Made by a program: the position numbers and the translations under genes. Under the pieces are notes generated by a model. The model did not search any database, had not been told where the DNA came from, and saw only the letters and a program-made list of their open reading frames with translations. From NCBI RefSeq assembly GCF_009914755.1, contig NC_060925.1: a stretch of DNA of 64,000 bases. One strand, 5' to 3'. Below, piece by piece: positions 55,811-64,000 of the stretch (positions within the stretch are counted from its first letter, which is position 1; every line of letters begins with the position of its first letter). Source of the stretch: the human T2T-CHM13v2.0 reference genome, Homo sapiens.

Positions 55811-58800
55811 TCCATACGAATTTTAGGATTGTGTTTTCTAGTTCTGTGAAGAATAGTGGTATTTTCATGGGAATTGAATTGAATTGCTTTTGGCAGTAAG
55901 GTCATTTTCCCAATATTGATTATATCCACTCACGAGCATGGGAGATGTTTTCATTTGCTTACGTCATCTACGATTTTTTTCAGAGTGTTTTGTAATTTTC
56001 CTTGTAGAGACCTTTTATCTCCTTGGTTAAGTATATTCCTAAGTATTTTATTTTATTTATTTGCAGCTATTGTAAAAGAGATTGAGTACTCGATTTAATT
56101 ATCAGCTTGGTTGCTGTTGGGGTATAGCAGTGCTATTTATTTGTGTACATTAATTTTGTATCCTGAAACTTTACTGAATTCATTGATCAGTTATAGGAGC
56201 TTTTTGGATGAGCCTTTAGGGCTTTCTAGGTGTATGATTATATCATCAGGGAACAGTGACAGCTCGACTTCCTCTTTACTGATTTGAATGCCTTTTATTT
56301 CTTTCCCTTATCTGATTGATCTGGCTAGGACTTCCATTACTATGCTGAATAGATGTGGTGAAAGTAGACATTCTTTTTTTGTGAGAGTTCTCCGGGCAAT
56401 GTTTTCAACTTTTCCCCATTTAGCATAATATTGACTATGGGTTTGTCTTAGATGACTTTTATTACCTTAAGGTGAACGAAAAAAGAGCCCACACACATAG
56501 CTAAAGCAAACACTAAGCAAAAGGAACAAATCTGGTGGCATCCCATTACCTGACTTCAAACTATACCATTAGGCTATAGTCACCAAAACAGTATGGTACT
56601 GGTATAAAAAAAGGAACATAGAACAATGGAACAGAATAGAGAACTAAGAAATAAAGCCAAATACTTATACCCAACTGATCTTTGACAAACCAAACAAAAA
56701 CATAAAGTGGGAAAAGAACACTCTAGTTAACAAACAGTACTTGGATAATTGGCAAGCCACATGTAGAAGAATGAAACTGGATCTTCCTCTCTCACCTTAT
56801 ACAAAAATTGACTCAAGATGAATCAAAAACTTAAATCTAAGACCTGAAACCATACATATTCTAACATTGGTAAAACCCTTCCAGACATGGGCTTAAGCAA
56901 AGACTTCATGACCAAAACCTCAAAATAAAATTCAACAAAAACAAAAATAAATAGATGGGACTTAATTGTACTAGAGAAGCTTTTGTACAACAAAATAAAT
57001 AATCCATAGATTTAACAGAAAACCCACAAAGTGGGAGAAAATCTTCACAAACTATGCATTCGACAAAGGACTAATATTCAGAATCTACAACAAACGCAAA
57101 CAAATCAGTAGGAAATAAACAAACAATCCCCTCAAAAATTTGATTAATGACATGAATAGACAATTCTTAAAAGAAGATATACAAATGGCTAACAAACATA
57201 TGAAAAAAGTCCAATATTACTAATTATCAGGGAAATGCAAATCGAAACCACAATGTGATACCACTTTACTTCTTCAAGAATGGCCATAATCTCTTTTGTT
57301 GTGCAGAAACTCTTTAGTTAATTAGATCCCATTTGTCTATTTTGGCTTTTGTTGAACAGGCAACCTATAGAATGGGAGAAAATTTTTGCAATCTATCCAT
57401 CTGACAAAAGGCTAATATACACAATCTACAAAGAACTTAAACAAATTTACAAAAACGAAACAAACAACCCCATCAAAAAGTGGGTGAAGCATATGAACAT
57501 TTACTTCTCAAAAGAAGACATCTATGCAGCCAAAAAACATATGAATAAATGCTGATCATCACTGGTCATTAGAAGAATGCAAATCAAAACCATAATGAGA
57601 TACCATCTCATGCCAGTTAGAATGGCGATCATTAAAAAGTCAGGAAACAACAGATGCCAGAGAGGATGTGGAGAAATAGGAACACTTTTACACTGTTGGT
57701 GGGAGTGTAAATTAGTTCAACCATTGTGGAAGACAGTGTGGCAATTCCTCAAGGATCTACAACTAGAAATGCAATTTGACCCAGCAATCCCATTACTGGG
57801 TATATACCCAAAGGATTATAAATCACTCTACTATAAAAACACATGCACATGTATGCTTATTGTGGCACTGTTCACAATAGCAAAGACTTGAAACCACCCC
57901 AAATGCCCATCAATGATAGACTGGATAAGGAAAATGTGGCAGATATCCACCATGGAATACTATGCAGCCATAAAACAGGATGAGTTCATGTCCTTTGCAG
58001 GGACATGGATGAAGCTGGAAACCATCATTCTCAGCAAACTAACACAAGAATAAAAAAACAAACAGCACGTGTTCTTACTCATAAGTGGGAGTTGAACAAT
58101 GAGAACACATGGACACATGGAGGGGAACATCACACACCAGGGTCTGTTGGGAGAGTGGGGAGGGATAGCATTAGGAGAAATACCTAATGTAGATGATGAG
58201 TTGATGGGTATGTGTATACCTATGTAACAAACTTGCACGTTATCCACATGTATCGCAGAACTTAAAGTGTAATTTAAAAAAATAAAAATGATTAAAATTA
58301 ACAACTGACCAGAAACTAAAAAAAAAAAAAAAAGAGTGGCCATAATAAAAAAATCAAAAAATAATAGATGCTGGCATGGATGTGGTGAAAAGGAAACACT
58401 TTTATACCGTTGGTGGGAGGGTAAATGAGTACAACCGCTATGGAAAACAGTGTGGAGATTCCTTAAAGAGCTAAAATTAGATCTACTATTTAATTCAGCA
58501 ATCCCACTACGTGATATCTACCCAGAGAATTAAAAAGTCATTATATGAAAAAGATACTTGCACACACATGTTTATAGAAGCACAATTTACAATTGCAAAA
58601 ATATGAAAACAGCCCAAATGCTCATCAATCAATGAGTGGATAAACAAAATGTATATATATATATATATATATATATATGACATGAAAAAAAGTAATATCT
58701 ATGTGTATGTGTGTGTCTGCGTATTGGATTACTACTCAGCCATAAAAGGGAACTAATTAATGCCATTCATTGCAACCTGGATGGAATTGGAGGCCATTAT

Positions 58801-59080
58801 TCTAAGTGAAGTATCTCAGGAATGGAAAACCAAACATTGTATTTTTTCACTCATAAATGGGAACTAAGCTATGAGGAAGCAAAGGCATGAGAATGATACA
58901 ATGGACTTTGGGGACTCAGGCGAAATGGTGGGAGGGAGATGAAGGATAAAAGACTATATATTGGGTACAGTGAACACTGCTCAGTTGATGGGTACACTAA
59001 AATCTCAGAAATTACCACTAAAGAACTTGTTCATGTAATCAAAGGCCACCTGTTACCGAAAAACCTATTGAAATTAAAAA
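55811..59080 (+). mobile_element. 5'-truncated, 5'-inverted L1PB (inverted part 55811 to about 56473)
   Basis: TSD GAAAAATGGAAGAA (55797-55810) / GAAAAATGAAAGAA (59081-59094); inverted and forward parts are contiguous in ORF2; L1PB 3' end. Confidence 0.92.
57291..58331 (+). mobile_element. 5'-truncated, 5'-inverted L1PA (L1PA7/8-like) nested in the L1PB
   Basis: TSD AAGAATGGCCATAAT (57276-57290) / AAGAGTGGCCATAAT (58332-58346); ORF2 C-terminus with [26 protein letters not shown]. Confidence 0.93.
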
Positions 59081-59359
59081 GAAAAATGAAAGAAATATAT
59101 CAGAGTTTTGGGCAATTCTATTGTAGACTGAGTAGATATTTTTACATTTATGTGACTAACCTAAACATATCCTGAAACCAAAGCTATAGCATAATAAAAT
59201 AATTCACTTCATTTCTGTTGTGATAATTTTTCAACCTTTTGATAAAATTACGTTAATCTTGATTTAAAAGCATTATGTCATATATAAGAGGTGATAGTTA
59301 ATGAACATATTTATTTACATTTTCTGATTTATTAAAAGGTTGTGTAGTATGTGATCAAA

Positions 59360-59550
59360 TTAAAAAATAGACACTAAATCTCAGCTCTGCCTCATGTGCT
59401 ATATGAGCACAGGAATCTTAAGTAGTCTAGGTATCTTAACTTCACCATTTAAATTGGGTTAACTAAAGTAATTACTACATATGATACTTGTGAGAATTAA
59501 GTTAATGTATTAAAAAGGTGCTTAGAATGGTGTATAACACCATTAGCTAT
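59360..59550 (+). mobile_element. MIR
   Basis: AAATCTCAGCTCTGCC..TTGTGAGAATTAA..GTGCTTAGAATGGTG core. Confidence 0.6.
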
Positions 59551-60907
59551 CTGTCATTTGCCAAAATTGAAAATCTTTTCCCCTTACAACTGATTGATAA
59601 GATAACAAAATTAAAGGCAAGGGCATTTTTATAACTGCAGAAACAGGTTAATTCAGGAAAACTTGGGACAATAATCCCTCTAAGATAGGAGAAATGACTC
59701 TCACAGGATAGAAGTTAGTGAGATAAGAAAAACACCCTGGTCATCGAAAGAAGATTTATCTCAATTTACAGCCTGCCTACAATAAGCATTTCTTCCATCT
59801 TTTTCTTTTAACTCCCAGCATAAGAACATCACTGCCAAAAGGAAAGCATCAATATAGTAGAACCATGAAAATCTTTACATTCATCGCACAAATAAATGCT
59901 TCAGTTCTGGTTTGCAGAGAAATCACAACACATATAACATTGCAATCATTTGTAAGGAGAGTCATTAATATAATAGGCATTCTGGAAGTTAAATAAAATC
60001 CCCAAGAAAATCTTATGCTACTTGAAGTGTACACAACATACGCAAAAACAGAGACAGTAAGGAAAAAAATTAAATACACACAAGTGAAAATAAACTGTAT
60101 TGTGACATTTGATTGATCAATTGAGTAAACTGAAGCATAGTACCTGACGTTGTAAAATAAACAATTGTTTTCACTTCTAAAAATCATTTTTTTCTGAATT
60201 GCTTAATTTCCCATACATTCAACTATATCAAAGATATCCATATACTCTAATATCAGCTAAGAAATATGCTTCAGTGTTGAGAAAGCTTAATACTTTGTCC
60301 ATTATTAAAGCTATTATATTTTGCTGCTGCTAGATATGTTAGAAAATGCATTACTATAATCTTATCAGTTAATAGCAGAACATCACTGTTTGATATTTAC
60401 AGTTATACTTAATGAGAAATTCTTTGAAGAAATAAATTGTAAAGTTCATTTATTTTAGCATCTTAAACAAGTCCTTTACTTTTTTATATGTCATGCATTG
60501 CTTTCCAGATGATCACAGACTAAAACTTTTATATACACTGGTTGAATTTTACCAATGTCATACGTATTCTTCCTTGATGATGGAAGTTCTTATATTGATG
60601 AAATTTATTAGTAGCTTTGACCTCTTGAAGCACCACAAAATATATACATATACATATATTTTTTCATTTATATGGTAGTTTCACAACCAATCCATAAATT
60701 TTAAATGTTAAAGTGGAAAGATATTGTATTTTTTTAAAAACAAATTTATATTACAATTGACTAAAAATATTTAAAAAGTATAATTAAATAAGTATTGACA
60801 TGTACACAACTGTAAAACCATAAAATTTTTTTATAAAACTGATGTTTTATTTTCATACGCATTTAGTACTCATGGTGACATTTTATCCATACATTACATA
60901 CTTTTAG

Positions 60908-61250
<343 letters not shown>

Positions 61251-64000
61251 TACACTGTTATTTTCTTATATACCTAAAGCCAGATTATTTCCTTTGATAC
61301 CTTGCCAGTTATTCAAGGCTCAGCTTAAATAAAACTTTATTTACGCAACCATTTTGATTTCCTCTTCAGAAGAGAGCTTTTCCCCTTTAAACAGCCATTA
61401 TTCTGTTTTATGACTTATTGAACATACTATCTTCCACTGAACTTGCAAATTAGCATATCCTTAATAGATCATAGGCTTTCTGTGGGCATAGAGTAGGTGT
61501 GATATATATTTGCACCCATTACAAGGTCCAACATATGGTGTGCATTCAACTGAGTACAATATAGATTGATGAAAGATTTTCTGTCCTAAATTAGCAGGCA
61601 CGTTTTTTATTATTATGTCTTACAGATAAAACTCCTATCAGGAAGAAAGGGAGGAAGGAAAGAGGAAAGGAAGGAAGGAAGGGAAAGAAAACTAGAAAAA
61701 AATCACTAAAAAAGTCAACAGCTTTTGTTTTAGTTGTAAAGATTATAAAGAGATAGTAAGATTTCACTATTTTAGGAGTATAGGTGAACACTGGCACTTT
61801 CACACAATACTACACTCAAATAAAATGCAAATTACTAGATATTTTGATAGATTAAACTTTGTATAATTATTTTAAAAGCTACAGAAGAAAATTTAAAATG
61901 ACATTTTATTTTTAAAATGTGCAAAATGGAGTAAGATTAATTGTAAATAAAATAAATTGATTTTTCCTGAAAAATAAGTTTTTCTCCCTCTATACAATTT
62001 AGACTCACATGAATAATTTCAGAAATATTGCACTGATCCCTATGTTCCATTAGGGTGTGGCTCGTGTCTAGGAACCTCAGGCAAATAAAGTGCAGTGTAA
62101 CAGGAAAATAGATATTTAAATTCTATATGAAACTTTATTTTTTTCCTTTCATTTGATATTTAAACCATCTATTATTCTTTTATCATAACAAATTCCACAG
62201 TGAACTTGACAAATATAAATAGGTACAGATATTAGAAATTTGAGTTGCTTGAAGAATACAACACATTAAGGGCTGAAGGGAAGGAATGGAACAAATATAA
62301 ATGATGAGCAGAGGACTGGGAAACAAAACTACTCTTTATATGTAAAAATTTAGAGAAGGACTGGATATTTAAATTATAAAATTATTTAGAAATACAAATT
62401 ATGGATACCATGCTTATAAAAAGTGTGTATCTTCCCATTCTCCACTCTGCTCTCCAAAAAATGAAAAGGATCAGATTATAAACACTAGTTAGCACCCTCC
62501 ACAATTTCCTTGTACATGTTTCATTCATGAAAAGACAGAAAACTCATACGTCTTTATGTGTTCACCTTTGAAACACAAAATGAGCATTAAAATAATAGAA
62601 ACAAAGCCAAACATAATGAACCCTGAGAAAAATACCTAACATTAGAGTCCTGCCATTAGGTGTGACAAGTAAGCATTGCTTTTGCTTCTAAGACCCCACT
62701 AAGTCAAAACAATGAGGCCGATGGTGCGGGATAATTGTCCCTGATATGCTGCTGGGAGTGTTATTTATGGTTGTCTATAAAATATGCTGTGACAATGGCA
62801 GGCTGCCCAGGACCTCAGTGGTAATTATAGAGTGGCCTATTTTTAGGTGCCTTCTGATACACACAATTTTTAAAGAAGAAAAAGAAAGTATAGTCAGTAT
62901 TGTCATTATAAACTTGCCCCTTACCTTTTCACAATGACATGACTAACTCAAAAGCTAAATATGTAAAATATGTACTAACAAAATAAAGGCATACAAACCT
63001 TCATTAGCTTAATAAAATCCTGTCAACTTGTGCTCTTGCATCCAAACTGATATTCACATAAAGAAAATGCAGGCCAATGGGCACATATGTGGAAATTCTT
63101 TAGAAAGATTGGTAATATTAACATTGTTTTAATGGATAAGTTATTATATAATTTAACTGATAAAATTATTTTTATGATATCTCAAAAATACTTGATTCTA
63201 AGATAGGTGGAACTGTTGTTTCTATTATACAAAATTATAAATCATGAAAAAGCACTGTCATTCTTTTAGATGAAAGTGATTTAAAATGCAAATTACGTAT
63301 TTTCATGTATGTTGTGACGACCTAAAAAAGCAGCAATAATTGTCTTCTGTAGAAATCAAAGGAGGCTTAAAATATTATAGTGATTTACTCATGTAATTTT
63401 ATTTATTACTAAACAAGAACTGAGTCTTTATTACTTAAATTAAATTTAGAGTTGTAGATTTTGACTTCTGGAGAGAGTGGCTGTTACTCTGAGTTTCAAA
63501 TAAGAGAAACTGCCTTGTTCTTAGAACAAATAAATTGTAAAAAAAGAAAAAAAACTTTTTTTTAGCATTCACCTATTTTTAATTCACATAACAATTAAAC
63601 TTTTATAAATACGCATTATTACCAAATTTCATTTTGTTGATCTTTCAATGCTGAACTTTAAAATGATCAGTACAGGCAGTATGTACTCTAAGGGGCTACT
63701 CAAAGGTGAGAAAGAACAAGATGGTGGTATGAGTTGCACACAACCCTAAAAGTAAGGTAAAATCAACTATAATATTGAAGAACGGTTAGAATGGAGTATG
63801 TCTATGAATTAATGTTTATAAATATAATAAATAGAAGAATTTGTATGAAAAGTAAAACTTTTCTACTGAGTAGGAAGCTAAGTGCAACATGTAAGATGAA
63901 GTCAGAAATATTTTCAAAAATAAAATAAAAATTGAGGCAGATCTTTAAGCTTGTTGACTTGATTTTGGAAAGCTATAGAGTCAGAGTAAATAATTTTGTA

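Overview
AT-rich, gene-poor catarrhine-primate (human-like) genomic DNA made up almost entirely of transposable-element fossils. I found no host protein-coding gene, RNA gene or CRISPR array. Bases 1-5750 are a defective HERV9/ERV9 provirus (gag-pro-pol pseudogenes, integrase and most of env deleted, 3' LTR12) that integrated inside an Alu. The rest holds about 14 Alus, several L1s (L1PB, L1PA, L1MA, L1ME), L2/MIR, MaLR and ERVL LTRs, an Hsmar1 mariner with MADE1 fragments, and a Tigger1 deletion derivative. The most unusual structures are: (i) an HERV-S/LTR18 element with inverted LTRs and U5 ends at both termini under one apparent 5-bp TSD; (ii) a twin-primed L1PA with a short 3' transduction nested inside a twin-primed L1PB; (iii) a Tigger1 with symmetrically altered ends. 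I see no support for a novel functional gene system. Subfamily names come from recalled consensus sequences, not from alignments, and boundaries of old repeats are approximate.
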